In this document: positions 22,075-35,424 of the stretch, one piece after another | How positions within the stretch are numbered: position 1 is the stretch's first letter | Layout of the letters: each line of letters opens with the position of its first letter | Assembly: GCA_016748015.1 (NCBI GenBank) | Contig: JAAOMT010000129.1 | Coordinates: forward strand, 933,965-997,964 | Origin: Geosiphon pyriformis uo1 | Lineage: Eukaryota; Fungi; Glomeromycota | DNA length: 64,000 bases | Direction: 5' to 3' | The notes under the pieces: model-generated | The model's database searches: none | What the model saw: the letters and a program-made list of their open reading frames with translations, nothing else | What the model was told of the DNA's origin: nothing | Program-made: the position numbers and the translations under genes

Positions 22075-25000
22075 ATAGTTTGGTTTAGAGAATTGTGACA
22101 TGTAATATGAGGGGCGTGAACATTCCTGCCAAACAAAACAATGTAGTTAGATGGCACATGGACTCTGAAAATGACATTTCTATTATTATGGAGACAAAGT
22201 TGAAATCTGGCATTAAGCCATGGATTATGAATAAGTTCCCTGGTGTTTGCATTTTCACATCAGAGCTTGATACAGGTTCTTCTGGTGCTGACATGGCTGT
22301 TATTATAAACTCTTTTGTGGCTCGGCATGTTTCAAAGATTAATGAAATTCCTGGTCGGTTGATTTCAATTAAGCTCTTGTTTAAGAGCAAACTTTTGGTT
22401 ACAATCTTAGATATCTATGCAGGTGCGTCCGCTGGTGTGCGATTTGGTCAGGCTCTTACTGTTAACTCCTTAATTACTAATGCTATCAACTCAAGCTTTT
22501 TTGTCATCTTGGGTGAAGACTTTAATGAATTAGATACCAAGAAAAGTGCTAGTCTCAGAAAATGCACAAATCTGAGTCTTGTTAACTCTTTCAAAGGTCA
22601 TTTTTTGGCTAGTTCACCTATGTGGAGCAACTCCAAAGGTGTGATAAAAGTTATTGATTATATTTTTGTCAGTGAAAACTTAGTTTCTGCTCTGATGAAA
22701 TAGGACATTGGTGTGGTTATAGAGTTTTTCAACATGGATCATAAGATAATTTCAGTTTCAATTGAATTAGGGGGTCTTCTTGATGCTCAGCTAAACAGTA
22801 TTCACAAACAGACCAACAGAGACAGATGGAAGTTTGACTTTAAGGATGCTGACCCTTTTAAATGATTACGGTTTAGAGATAATGTGTTTGCTGCTCTCTC
22901 CTTAGTCATAAGTGGTTTTTTGAATGCTAAGGTTCTCAGTAATCTGAATGGGATGTGAGACATGTTGTGTAGAGTTATGGTGAAAGCTGCTGATGCTACG
23001 TTTTCTAAACGCTGGTTTAGTGAATTTAACTGTTCAAAAAACAGACATTCATCAAGATTTCTTGGACTTGAGTTGTTGGTGGCTAAGGTTGTTAAAAGTT
23101 TGAATACAGATGATAAGTGTAAGTGTGATTATCTAATCAAGAGGTGGTTTCTGATTGATTATAAAGAGGCTTTCAAGTTTGATTTTTTGGTTTAAAATGG
23201 GACTGATTTGGTGAAAGTGTTCAAGCATCTGTCTTAAGTTAAGAAGTATTATAAGAAGTCTAAGTATTATGAATCCAGAGTGACAAGGAATACAGCGATC
23301 CAGAGTGTTATCGATAAATGCATGGAAAATTTCAGTTCTAACAAAGGTGGTATGATTAAGAGTATTTTGGAGCAGCCTTTTCATAAGGTTGTTTTGGACC
23401 ACTTGGTCATAGATGATAAACTGGTTTTGGATCCAATTGAGGTGAAAAGCAGAGTCGACAGTATCATGGTTAATTGGACAAAGGAGTGTATTTCACCTTC
23501 AGTAATGCCCTTCAGGTGGGCCCACCAATACGTGCCTTTGGATTATGTAAAAGATGATGCCTTCTTTAATGTTATGAATGACATCCGTTTCAATAAATTG
23601 GTAAATGTGATTTTGGATCTACCTAATGGCAAAGCGGCTGGCCTGTCTGGTATCTCTAACAAACTATGGAAACATTGTGGTAATAATATGCTTGAGTGTT
23701 TGTTAAGTCTCTTAAATTCTTGCCTAAATATCAGTAAGGTTCTAGCCCTTTGGAAAAGAGCTTGGGTTTCTATGATCCCCAAACCATATGAATAGGATAG
23801 TATTCTTATAAATACAAAGCCCATTGTGTTAATCAAGACAGCCAGAAAAATACTCTCTAAATTATTGTCTAACCGTATTTCTTTGGCCTGTTTCAGATTT
23901 GTTGTTCTCTGGGGTGACAATTTCTCAGTCCTGAAGAGTACTTCCACTCAATCTTCGGTTTTTGCTGTTGGTTCAATCGTGGAAGATACTATGGAAAAAA
24001 ATAGGGAGGTTTGGTTGGTGTTATAGAATATGCATAAGGTCTATGATTCTGTTGATTGGCAGCAATTGGAAGCCAGTTTGAAGTAGATCAAAATGTGTGA
24101 CAAATTTGTGTTGTTTTTCGAAAACTTACATGTGGGCAGAATTAATAGAGTAATGACTAATTTTGGTCTCTCGGATGAATACTGCATGCTGGATAGTTTG
24201 GATCAAGAAGAGGTCTTCTTTCCTCTCTTGTGGAAAATTTTTTATGACCTTTTGTTGTGTAAGGTTAAGGATCATAAACATTTATATGGTTACAGAATCA
24301 ATACCAACTTTGTAGCAAAATCTGGCCGTATTGAGTCTAGTAGTGATTGGTCTTCATTTTTTGCAACAGGTATATTTGTGGATGATACTATCTGAATTGG
24401 TAATGGTCAAGCATCAATGCAACATATATTGAATATTGTGGACGAATTTTTTGAGGTCAATGATATCGCAATTAACAGTGAAAAGACTGTGGTGATTCTT
24501 ATCAACAAAAAGGTTTCGGATGCATCTCTACATATTAATGGACTATCTATCTTTATTGCTAAACAGGGTAAGGCTCATAAATATCTGGACATTTTTTTGT
24601 CAACAGATGGGTTGTTTAAGCCTAGTTTAGCCAAAGCTCAATCGGATATTAGGTTCTTTTCTAATATAGTTTTCAAGAAAGCTTTGATGAATAAACAATT
24701 TGTGTACTTGGTGTCTTCAGTTCTGCAACTCATTGTCAGCTATTGCACACAATTCAGCTTTGTTTCTAAGAGTGTCTGCTTGAAATGGGATGTTATGTTG
24801 AGGAAGGGTCTCAAATCTAAAGTGAATTTGTTTTGGGATTTTCCCAGTGAGGCTTTACATTATTCCTCCCTTTATGGTGTAAGGACTTTTGAACAGATCC
24901 AGACTAAGGGGAAGATGGCTTCATTGGTTTGGTTCTCAAATGTGCCTGGTATTCTGGGGCATTTGTTTGTACACCATTTTTTGGATCTACAGATATTAGG

Positions 25001-26755
25001 GTGGGCTCTGTTAAACCCTTTGTGACATCTTATTAAGTTAAGGGTTAGTTCCTTTAACAATTTTCTCACTAGTATGGTTAGAATTTTTTTGGACAATGAT
25101 ATATATCTGGCCAACAATTTGCCTTGTGCTTTTTGTGGTGCTGGTCACTTTCTTGTGTTGATGATCTTGGGTAGCTCCTTTTATTTTGGTATGATCCCCT
25201 TTTTAAAGTGTTTTGGTGTTGTCTTTGATAACAGGTTATTGGACAAAGATGGATCAGTTCTCAGTTGGAGGACTTTTTACCACTGGAAGAGACTAAGTTC
25301 CAGGAGTCCTGTACCCTTGTGGTACTCCAAAGTTTTTGTGTACATGGATGGTCACCATTTTATTCCTAGTGGTCTATTCACAGTCTCTGGCGGCTCAAAC
25401 TTTTTTGATTCAGAAAGATATTTGGTTGTTTGGAAACATTTGCATGAATCCTGGTTTGATGCTTTCGCAGTATATACTGATGGTTCTCTGTTTCATTTGG
25501 GCACTGCTGAGGTTGTGGGTGGGGCTGCAGCTTATTTTCCTGATGCTGGTGTGGGTATTGGCATTGAGATCAGTGGGTTGCTTTCTTCTACTATGGCTGA
25601 ACTTTATGCTGTTGTCCTGGTGCTGCAATGTGTTCCTTCTTCATGCTCGGTTGTTATTAACACTAATAGTCAAACTACTATTGATGCATGTGCTTCAGAA
25701 TTGGGTTTAATTGCTCCTGATTTTAGGAACAAATGTTGGGTAAAAAGACATTATATTCGCAAATTAATCAAGGATAAGGACCTTTCTGTTGGGTGAGTAA
25801 AGGTAAAAGACCATTCGGGTGATGCTTACAATGACAAGGCTGATGCTTTGGCTGGGTGTGCCGCTCACTCCAATTTGTCTCTTCCTATGAGTGTTCGAGA
25901 AAGGTATGTCATGACTCATAGTCAGATTGTCTTGGACAATGCTTGACATTTTGTTCGGAATATTTATAAGTCTATCTGTCATGCTCAATGGAAGGCTGGT
26001 CCTGGCTCTGTGGTGATCAATGAAGATTTGATTGTGAGAGTTAATTGGAAGTATACGGCTTCAGTTTGGCACCTGAACTCTCACATGCTGTTGGGCTTTA
26101 CAAGCTGAGCTTTAGCTGTTCTCTGTACCTACTTAATAAAGGTGGTCCATAGGAAGTTACTAGTTGCCATTTGTAAAAGGTTGTATGATAAATGTTATCC
26201 TGGGGTTCTCTGTTTGATGTGTGGTGATGTTGAATTGTCAGATCATGTGTTTACTTGTCGAAGTGAGGCAGCTGTGCATGCTGATATTTTGTTAGACGGG
26301 ACCACTTTGTGGAAGTCATTGCTGGTAGACTGTTCTTCGGCATTCTCTCTTATGTTGCATACTTTGTTTGCTGGTTGTCATGATTCAGGAGTGTATATGT
26401 GATTGTGTAAAAGCTTTGTACTAAGAAAATGGGTTGATGAAACTACTGCACATTTCAAGGATTGTAATCAGGCTGTTTTGATGGTGGCTGATTTTGTTCG
26501 ATGTCTGGCAGAAAAACACCAGTGTGGTTTGTAGTTACTTAGGGCTAAGTTTAGAGTGGACATAGAACGTTGTGGTTTGGTTTGTGCTTCAAAAATTCCT
26601 GTTGGTCTTTCAGCTGACTCTATTAAACATTTGTTTGGTAGAATTGTTCGTCTTCTTGGAATTGATGAGGCGTTTGCCATCAGTTTTGGTTTGCATAAGA
26701 CTAGCTTTTTTTTTTTGGTATTTGTGATAGTGTCAAAGTTTATGTAGGTGTGTAG
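22071..26755 (+). pseudogene. LINE B ORF2 (APE endonuclease, RT, RNase H, C-terminal zinc finger)
   Basis: TCNMRG, ETKL, GEDFN, IDYIFVS, DH; KAAGLSG, MIPKP, FVDDT; VYTDGS..AEL..VKVKDHSG..NDKADAL; CLMCG..DHVFTC. Confidence 0.92.
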
Positions 26756-27511
26756 TGTTGTCTAGATTGGCCTGAGTGGCTAGTTACATGTAGCAAATGC
26801 ATGAGCCATATTTAGTTAGATTCACTTAACTTGCATCTGTATACTAGATAATGGTTAGACTGCACTTGTTAAACGAAATAAAAAAAAAAACAAAAATAAT
26901 AATTAGTAAAATAAAAAAAAAACTTTTTCTCTTATTAATCTTTTGTTTATAACAAGAACACTAAAATCTGAAGAAAATAAATTTATTTTTATTTATTTTT
27001 TTTTGTTTCTTTTTTTAAACTATTTTTTCTAACACAAATCTATTTGTAATTATAGAATTGGTTGGGCAGTTTAATTAAAGTTGTAAATACTAAAAAAAAT
27101 GATATGGAAATTTGCTTTAATAAAAAAAAATTCATAATATTTATGTTTATAATTTATAAAACTTTAATAAATGTTTTAGAATTAGCCTGAGAAACAATTG
27201 GCTTGCTCTTGTAATTCATTGAATAAAGAAACAATTGAAAAGTACAACAATACCTGTTATTGATTCTAAGAATCGCTGAGTTGAGGCATAGAATAATAGC
27301 AGCGGTGTTATCTTGTTGACAATCACGGACTATTTCTCTACCTTCAGATTTAAGAAAAGATTAGCGACTGTGATTTTTATGAGACTGATCATGCACATTG
27401 AATTCCTACTTATTTAATTTGCTCCCTTATTGTAATTCCTTCTTTGTTTATTTCCATCACCATACAATACTGTTCTCCCTTGCTATCCGTTAGCTTGTTA
27501 CTCCAACCCGT

Positions 27512-28507
27512 NNNNNNNNNNNNNNNNNNNNNNNNNNNNNNNNNNNNNNNNNNNNNNNNNNNNNNNNNNNNNNNNNNNNNNNNNNNNNNNNNNNNNNNNN
27601 NNNNNNNNNNNNNNNNNNNNNNNNNNNNNNNNNNNNNNNNNNNNNNNNNNNNNNNNNNNNNNNNNNNNNNNNNNNNNNNNNNNNNNNNNNNNNNNNNNNN
27701 NNNNNNNNNNNNNNNNNNNNNNNNNNNNNNNNNNNNNNNNNNNNNNNNNNNNNNNNNNNNNNNNNNNNNNNNNNNNNNNNNNNNNNNNNNNNNNNNNNNN
27801 NNNNNNNNNNNNNNNNNNNNNNNNNNNNNNNNNNNNNNNNNNNNNNNNNNNNNNNNNNNNNNNNNNNNNNNNNNNNNNNNNNNNNNNNNNNNNNNNNNNN
27901 NNNNNNNNNNNNNNNNNNNNNNNNNNNNNNNNNNNNNNNNNNNNNNNNNNNNNNNNNNNNNNNNNNNNNNNNNNNNNNNNNNNNNNNNNNNNNNNNNNNN
28001 NNNNNNNNNNNNNNNNNNNNNNNNNNNNNNNNNNNNNNNNNNNNNNNNNNNNNNNNNNNNNNNNNNNNNNNNNNNNNNNNNNNNNNNNNNNNNNNNNNNN
28101 NNNNNNNNNNNNNNNNNNNNNNNNNNNNNNNNNNNNNNNNNNNNNNNNNNNNNNNNNNNNNNNNNNNNNNNNNNNNNNNNNNNNNNNNNNNNNNNNNNNN
28201 NNNNNNNNNNNNNNNNNNNNNNNNNNNNNNNNNNNNNNNNNNNNNNNNNNNNNNNNNNNNNNNNNNNNNNNNNNNNNNNNNNNNNNNNNNNNNNNNNNNN
28301 NNNNNNNNNNNNNNNNNNNNNNNNNNNNNNNNNNNNNNNNNNNNNNNNNNNNNNNNNNNNNNNNNNNNNNNNNNNNNNNNNNNNNNNNNNNNNNNNNNNN
28401 NNNNNNNNNNNNNNNNNNNNNNNNNNNNNNNNNNNNNNNNNNNNNNNNNNNNNNNNNNNNNNNNNNNNNNNNNNNNNNNNNNNNNNNNNNNNNNNNNNNN
28501 NNNNNNN
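27512..28507. other. Assembly gap (N run); 20-N gaps also at 7459-7478, 8209-8228 and 8664-8683
   Basis: N characters. Confidence 1.
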
Positions 28508-28513
28508 AATACT

Positions 28514-28547
<34 letters not shown>

Positions 28548-28942
28548 TTTTATTTTGTTTTGTTGTTTACTAACTGATTTAAGAGATTAAGCACTGTTTA
28601 ATTGACATCAAAGATAGCCTGGTAAAAGACCCAGAAATAAGAATATAAAATTTATAACTTAACAGATAGCTTATTAGAAGGACACAACTGTTAAAATAAA
28701 CTGGTCATCATGCTGAAAAAAAAATTTGATGGAATTAATATTCTGAGAGGCTACTAAAACAATCATTAAATCTCTGTCTATTATACAAAAGACTCCAACC
28801 CAAAATTTTTAGATACAAAAAACCTTCAGATACAAAAACTTTCAGATACAAAAACCTTTAGATTTACTTATTATATTACTTATTAAACACCAAGTTACAG
28901 ATTTGTTATTTGTATTAACACTTCAAATAATCACTTATAACA
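28508..28942 (+). repeat. 3' half of an LTR related to the copy 2 LTR
   Basis: Shares polyT-ACTAAC, CTGGTAAAAGACCC, AATCTCTGTCTATTATACAAA and AAACACCAAGTTA blocks with 17260-17647; ends TTATAACA. Confidence 0.8.
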
Positions 28943-29990
28943 GTGTTAAATTATAGATTACAAATAAATCTTTAAGTATAAAAGTGTTTACTTCTGGTTT
29001 AAATTTTGAGTATTTGGATATTAGTATTGTTTTGATTATAAATAAATATTTAACTAAGCATGTTTTAAAATTTTCAGAAATTCTTAATAGATTTTTAATA
29101 CCATTTATTATTTAAAAACAGTATTACTAGAGGTTTTTGGTCTCTTTTTTCAAATGTTGTTAATGTTTGGTTGCAAATTTATGTTTATTAAAAGTTATTG
29201 AACCTCTAATAACTGAATTTGTCTTTAAATTATTTTCTATAATTTGAACTGCTAAGCTTATAAATAGAATGACCAATTCTATACCAATTATTAAATATAA
29301 TTACTTTGTAGTAAAAGTCAATTCTGTTTCAAAAATTGCTTGTTTAGAAGCTTACTAAAAATATGTAGTTACTTTGCTACAAAAATTAACTCTTTTACAG
29401 AAATTTTATCTGTAGACTACTCTAATAATTATAATAAAAAAATAAAAGAAATAAAATTTTGTTAAAAGAATCATTTTTTATCCAAATCTGAAGTTATTAA
29501 CAGATTACTAAAATTGGTAGCTAATCAATTTCAAAAATGTTAGTTAGATTTTGGGAAATTTTTAAGTATAAATAGTAAAAAAATTTGGTTTTTAAGTATT
29601 TGATGTTTTTATTAATTTTTGTAAAGCTAATTAATGTAAATTAAGATAATTTCAAGTCAAATACATTTTCTTAAAGAAAAAAGCTCTTTTTTTATACAAT
29701 TTGTTATAGTACTAGTTTATGAACTTGAACTTTTCTTTTTGCTATAATTTCGACAAACTAAAAGATATATTTTAATAAATTACAAGTTATTTTAATAAGC
29801 TATTAACTATTTTGATAAATTATCTATTATTTTGGCAAATTTTTACAAATTTTGGCGAATTCTTAAATGTTATATAGTTTAGAGTATTGTGTAATTTGAT
29901 TATCCTAATTTTTATTATATAAATTTGATTATTAATTAAATAGTAATATTTAATAATTTGATTAAATAATAAGTGATAATTTGAAATAAT
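28943..29990 (+). mobile_element. Eroded LINE ORF2 (APE region) relic
   Basis: Reads as ..ITNK..IKVFTSGLN..KHVLKFSEI..LLFKN, matching LINE B/C APE once transitions are reversed; right boundary approximate. Confidence 0.65.
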
Positions 29991-30065
29991 ATTAATATAG
30001 CTAATTAATAATAGGAATTATAAGAGTAATTTTATGCTAGTTAATAGCTAAAATTCTACTGGTAA

Positions 30066-31970
30066 CAATGGAAACTCTAGAAAATATAAAATAAAAAGCA
30101 GTTAATAACATATAAAAATCATAAAAAAAACAATATAATAATCAATTACCAAATAAACTGGTCGAATTTAAAATTGGAAACAAAATATTCTTATATTATA
30201 TTAAAGTAAAAAAACAATAAAATAAAAAGTTTAATTCCAAATAAGACAGTTTTTTTTATATTAAAAAATTTTAGGAAATAAAACTTATAAATTAAAATAG
30301 AACAACAAAATTTTAACTAAAGCAGCATATAATAATTAACTAAAATTATATTATAATATAGCATTATTATTTATTAGTAATATTCTACAACTGGGAGTAC
30401 AAAAAATACTAATCAAACTAAATAAGATTTTATAAAATTTAGAACCAATTATAATTATCAAAGAAAACACAAAAAAGTAGATTAAGATAAAAATATATAA
30501 AAACACAGTATATATAACAAAAGCCACATAAAAAGATAAAAATCCCAAATTACATTTACATAATAACACAACAATTGTTTTAAGCCATAAATTAATAATA
30601 ATTAAACATAAAAATCATCATTAATTATTTAAAAATTTGTTATAAAAATACAAAAAAGAAAAAAAAAACAAAGATTACTCCATATTAGCAACCACAAAAC
30701 CAAATAAAATATTGATTAAATAAGATCATAGAAAAAGTAAAAAACATTTTTGAGAAAATACCAATTACTGTTCTAACAAAAAAACTATAAATAAAACAAT
30801 TTTCAATAACATATTGTTATTATCAATTGGAAAAAAGCTAAATATTCAAGAATTATATATTGAAAAATTCAAAAAAATATTTAATTAAGAAATAGTACAA
30901 CAGATTAAAGACTTTATTGGAAAAAAACAAGTTCTATACTATATATTAAACCAATTTATTAACTACACATTATATTTTAAGATTATTTAAAAATACTACT
31001 ATATTTAAAAATGAAAACAATAATTATTAATCAATAAAAAAAATAACCAACTCTTAATTTAAAGATATAAGAACCAGAATTAAACAAACAATATTAGAAA
31101 AAAAATAATAAACTTAATTTAAAATGAAAAATTTAATAAAACTTAATATTAAAGAAGAAAATAATATTACTTATAAAAAAAATACAAAAAAAAATAGAAA
31201 AACAGATTATAAAATAGATTAATAGGAGAATAGTACTTAAATAAGTGAATATATTTTAAGAAATCATAGCACATTTTTAGAAATAAGCATATTTTCAAAA
31301 AATAGTATAAAAAAAAGTGAAAATATGTAAAATTTTATATAATATAATTTATATATATATAATAAAAGTATTAGAAATAAAAAAAACAAAACAATAGCTA
31401 AAAACAAGTAATTATCAATTCAAAAAATAGTTTTTTATAACTTAAAGTAAAATTAAATTTATATTAATAAAAATATCTATTATTACCCAATTTATATTGT
31501 TATTATATAATTAAAAAATATTAATTACTTCCATATTATCAACAACTCATGTTAATAAAAGTTAATACTTAATTACATTAAACTAATAGCTCTTAATTAT
31601 AGTTATTGACAAAATATTAATTTTTTATTTTTTTTATTTTTATTTTTTTTGTTGTTTACTAATTAATTAAAAAATTAAATATTAAGTAATTGATGTTAAA
31701 AATAATCTGGTAAAAAATCTGTGAAACAAAAATAAAAAATGTTAAGAATAATTTATCAGAAAAACATGATTGTTAAACTAAACCAATTATTACATTGAAG
31801 AAAATTTTTTTTAGAAAAAACCATTATTAAAATCTCTGTTTATTATACAAAAAACTTAAACAAATTCTTTAAATATCAAAATTTTCAGAAATTATTATCA
31901 TTAATAACTATTAACTACCAAGTTATAAGTTTGTTATTTGTTCTAATACTTTAAATAATTATCTATAATA
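30066..31970 (+). mobile_element. Eroded Gypsy relic: integrase C-terminus, ORF3, PPT and 3' LTR (31165-31970)
   Basis: METLEN..NQLPNKLVEFKIGNK matches 15676 onward; ITYCYYQLEK..NIQELY matches ORF3; ACTTAATATTAAAGAAGAAAATAATATTAC matches the ORF3 end/PPT/LTR start of copy 2. Confidence 0.8.
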
Positions 31971-32500
31971 TTATATTTACAAAACTTTTAAAAACCAATA
32001 TATTAATTTTTAGACCACTTATTTTAATAATAAGAGTTTTTAAATTACTATAACTTAAAAATAAAGAACTAGTAATAATTTTAAATAAAACAAAAAATAA
32101 TATATTTGAAATATTAACAATTATATCTAAACTTATATTAACTAAAAAAATCTTAAAAACAAAATAAGACAATTAAAAAAAAATCCAAGAAAAACATATT
32201 TAATTTACAAAAAATCTTAAAACCATAATCTGTTAATAACTTCAAAAAATATTTATTAAAAGAATAAATAATAAAAAAATAATAATAACTATATTAAATA
32301 AAAAAAATAAAAAAACAAATTAAAAAAAGTATTAAAATAACTATTATTGGCTATTTATATTTAGAAAAAATTATTAAAAAATATTGGCCAAATAATTAGA
32401 ATTGTTTTTTTAATATAAATAGCAAAAAATTTGTATTTATTTGAATTTAAAAGAGATTTTTTGGTTTTAAGCTTAAAAATTAACAAAATATTAATATATA
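31971..32500 (-). mobile_element. Eroded LINE ORF1 relic
   Basis: Reverse strand reads KTLIIKISGLKIN, matching KVLTSKVSGLEFK near the end of LINE C ORF1; boundaries approximate. Confidence 0.45.
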
Positions 32501-32639
32501 TATATTAATAAAACATAATTAAATTTTTATATATTAAATAAAAAAGTGAATTCAATTCAATTTATTTTAAATTAAAGTTTTTAAAAACTAGAATTATAAT
32601 TAATACTATTATTAAACTTTTTTTGAAATTAAAACATAT

Positions 32640-33420
32640 AGTTATATAATTAACATATATATTATTATTAATAAGAAAAACAAAAGTTATAATAAATAGT
32701 TAATAGCAAAATAAAAAATTATTAAAAACATATAATATTAAAAATTTTAAGAATACTAACAGAAATATCAAAAATTTTAAGAATACCAGATATTTTAGTA
32801 ATAACTTAAAAAAATTTTAGAAATTTTATATTACAAAGATTTATATATATATAACAGAATTATTAAAAATTAAAAAAAAAAACAATTAATAAACAAATAA
32901 ATTTACTTTAAGATTAGTTTAGTTATTTTTATTTTAATTACAAATAATAAAAATATCAATTAATTTTATTTTATACATTAATTAATAAATTTAAACTTAT
33001 TTTAATATTATTAGCAATTACTATAACTACTTAACAATACTAAAACAATAACTTTTAATTATAATTAATAATAAAATATTAATTATTATTTTATTATTTT
33101 ATTATTTTAATATTATTGTTTTGATTAAAGTTTACTAATTAAGTATAAAAATTTACTAAAATTATAACATTAAAAATTATTTGATAAAAGATATTAAAAA
33201 AAATATAGACATATTTAAAAAATTAGAATTGTTTACCAAAAAAGTACAAACATTAGAATAAATTGGTTATTAAATTAAGAAAATTCCAAATTAATTATTA
33301 TTATTATCTATTAAATTTCTATTTATTATATAAAAAACTTAAACTTAAAATTTCAAATTTTTTTTTCAGAATATATTATTACTAATTAGAGCACCAAGTT
33401 ATAGAGCTATTGTACTAAAC
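32640..33420 (+). repeat. Eroded LTR of the copy 2 family
   Basis: Colinear eroded blocks: TATA run, AACAATAACTTTTAATTATAATT, T tract+TTACTAA, ATTTCTATTTATTATATAAA, CACCAAGTTAT; boundaries approximate. Confidence 0.55.
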
Positions 33421-33595
33421 AAAAATTTATTCAAAATAATATATATAATTAAATAATAAAAAGAGTTTATGTTACTTCTTTTTCTCTTACCTTCCCAAAT
33501 CCCCAAAAAGCACATTTTCTGGAAAAAAAAGTTTTTTGTTTTTTTTAGTCTATATCAATATTTCTTTACCTAATAGTAACCCATTTTTCGTGGAT

Positions 33596-35424
33596 ATGAA
33601 GGCTACTGCTAATAGCACTGCACTTAAGAAAAAGGCTCCTAAAGGTGCTTTTCAAGATTCTGCTGGTGGTTTCTTTTCTCAGAAAAAAAAGATTGTTCTT
33701 GGTAATATGAAACATTCTGGTGATGAAAAGAATATATCCTTAAACAAGGCTGGATCTAGTGGCAGTATGTATTTTAATGTGGAAAGTCTCTCTGGTGAGA
33801 ATGAGGATATTAGCATGTCTGGGACGGATGGTGAGTTTCTTTTGGATTTGGCGGCTACTACATCTAAGGCAAAGTGAGTCAACACTGGTGCTGGTTTTGG
33901 TTCTTCACTTGGCTCACCTAATTTTCATATGGATGATGATGAAGTTGTGCTCCCTCCTTGCTTGCCTATCTCTTTAGAGAAGAAATGGATTGACCCTAAA
34001 ATTATCAAGACTCCTGTAGAAGTGTCAGTTAAAAAGTTATTTGCTTTGGATATTAATTTCTCAGCTGTGGAGGATAAATCAACAATGGCTAAGACTCAGT
34101 TAATTAGAAAAATTTTCTCAACAGTCAATGGTTTTGAGAGGGCCACTATCTCCTCAAAATTTGAAAGGATCATTAGATCAACATTTATATCAAAAAAGAG
34201 CATAGAAATGATCGCATCATTGGTCAGAGAAAATAAGATCGTCATAAACACTAATCTCAAAAAACAAGGAATGCATTCAAATTGGGCTGTGGTAATCAAA
34301 GAAATTCCCATGGACATGCCTAAAGATATGATCATCACCACAATCACCAAGTTTAGTGAAATTAAATCAATCAGAATTCAATTAATTGGAATGTGGCAAA
34401 AGGCTGTAGTGGAGTTTGTCAAATCAAGTCAAGCCAATCTGCTGGCATCAAAATGGTCATTCTTGATTGGGAAAGATTCAATACGTGTTGCCAAAGCTGT
34501 GGAAGATTGCAATGTCTGGACATCAAGAGATTGGTTTAGGACACTGTTGTTTACTTTGCTAATGGAAACAACTGCACATAACCTTGGTACTCTTTTGGAA
34601 AAGACTGGAGAAAAAACTTGCATCATTAATTGTTCATTAGAAACTGGCAATAGGTTTCATTGTGCTGTGGTTGGCTTTGAATCTAATGAGGAGTTGGAAT
34701 CTGCTTTTCTCACTGTGCCTATTTTCAGTAGTGTTCGTTTTTCTTGGGCTAGGTTAGATTTGGTTTGGTATGAGAAGTGTGAACATTTTGGTCATTCAGT
34801 CCTGGAGTGTAATGCCTCTAATGTTCTATCTTTTATATCTTCTGAGTTGTTGACAAAATCTTCTCTTGGTGTGAATCATCTTTAGCTGGGAAGATTGTAT
34901 GCCAAAAAAAATGTTCTTATCTCTTGCCCTACTGCCTTTGGTGGCAAATTATGGGTTTAAGTGGTGTCTAGTGTCTCCTCTTCTGGTGGCTCTCCTTTCA
35001 GTTCTGGTTTGTTTTCTAGTGGCATGCCTCCCATTGTGGGCCTTTCTAGTTATTAGGTTGTTGGTCTAAAGGGATTCTTTCAGATCAAGTTTCTGTTATT
35101 CTTAAAAAATTGAGTTTCATTGAACTAGTGTCATTGGTGGCTCCTTCTTGTGCTCTTTCTTTGGCTGTTTCTGTGCCTTCAGCTTCAGTTGTGGATTCGG
35201 ATATGACTTTGGATAATGTATTGGCTTTGGCTGATTCTCTCTTTTTTGGTAGTAGTGAGTCTGCTACTGTTCTCAGTTCAAGTGATTCAAAAGTCCTTAC
35301 CTCCAAGGTGAGTGGTTTGGAATTTAAGATGTCTGTCCTAGAGGCTTCATTCAGTTCAATTCTGGTAAGATTAGATCTCTTGTGTTTTGGTTCAGATTCA
35401 TTTTTGGCCTCTTTGTCCCAATGA
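33596..35424 (+). pseudogene. LINE C ORF1
   Basis: KKAPKGAF..AGGFFSQKKK homologous to B; VVIKEIPMD..WQKAVVEF; (Y)EKCEHFGHSVLEC. Confidence 0.85.

Larger units (their letters stand above)
20074..26890 (+). mobile_element. LINE copy B, full-length APE-type non-LTR retrotransposon with RNase H (degenerate)
   Basis: Pyrimidine-rich 5' end shared with copy C, ORF1, ORF2, 3' UTR, poly(A). Candidate TSD AAAAAAAAACAAAAA at 20056-20070 and 26882-26896. Confidence 0.93.

Noticed and set aside
27444-28577. 377-aa ORF
   Set aside because: It is almost entirely the N gap.
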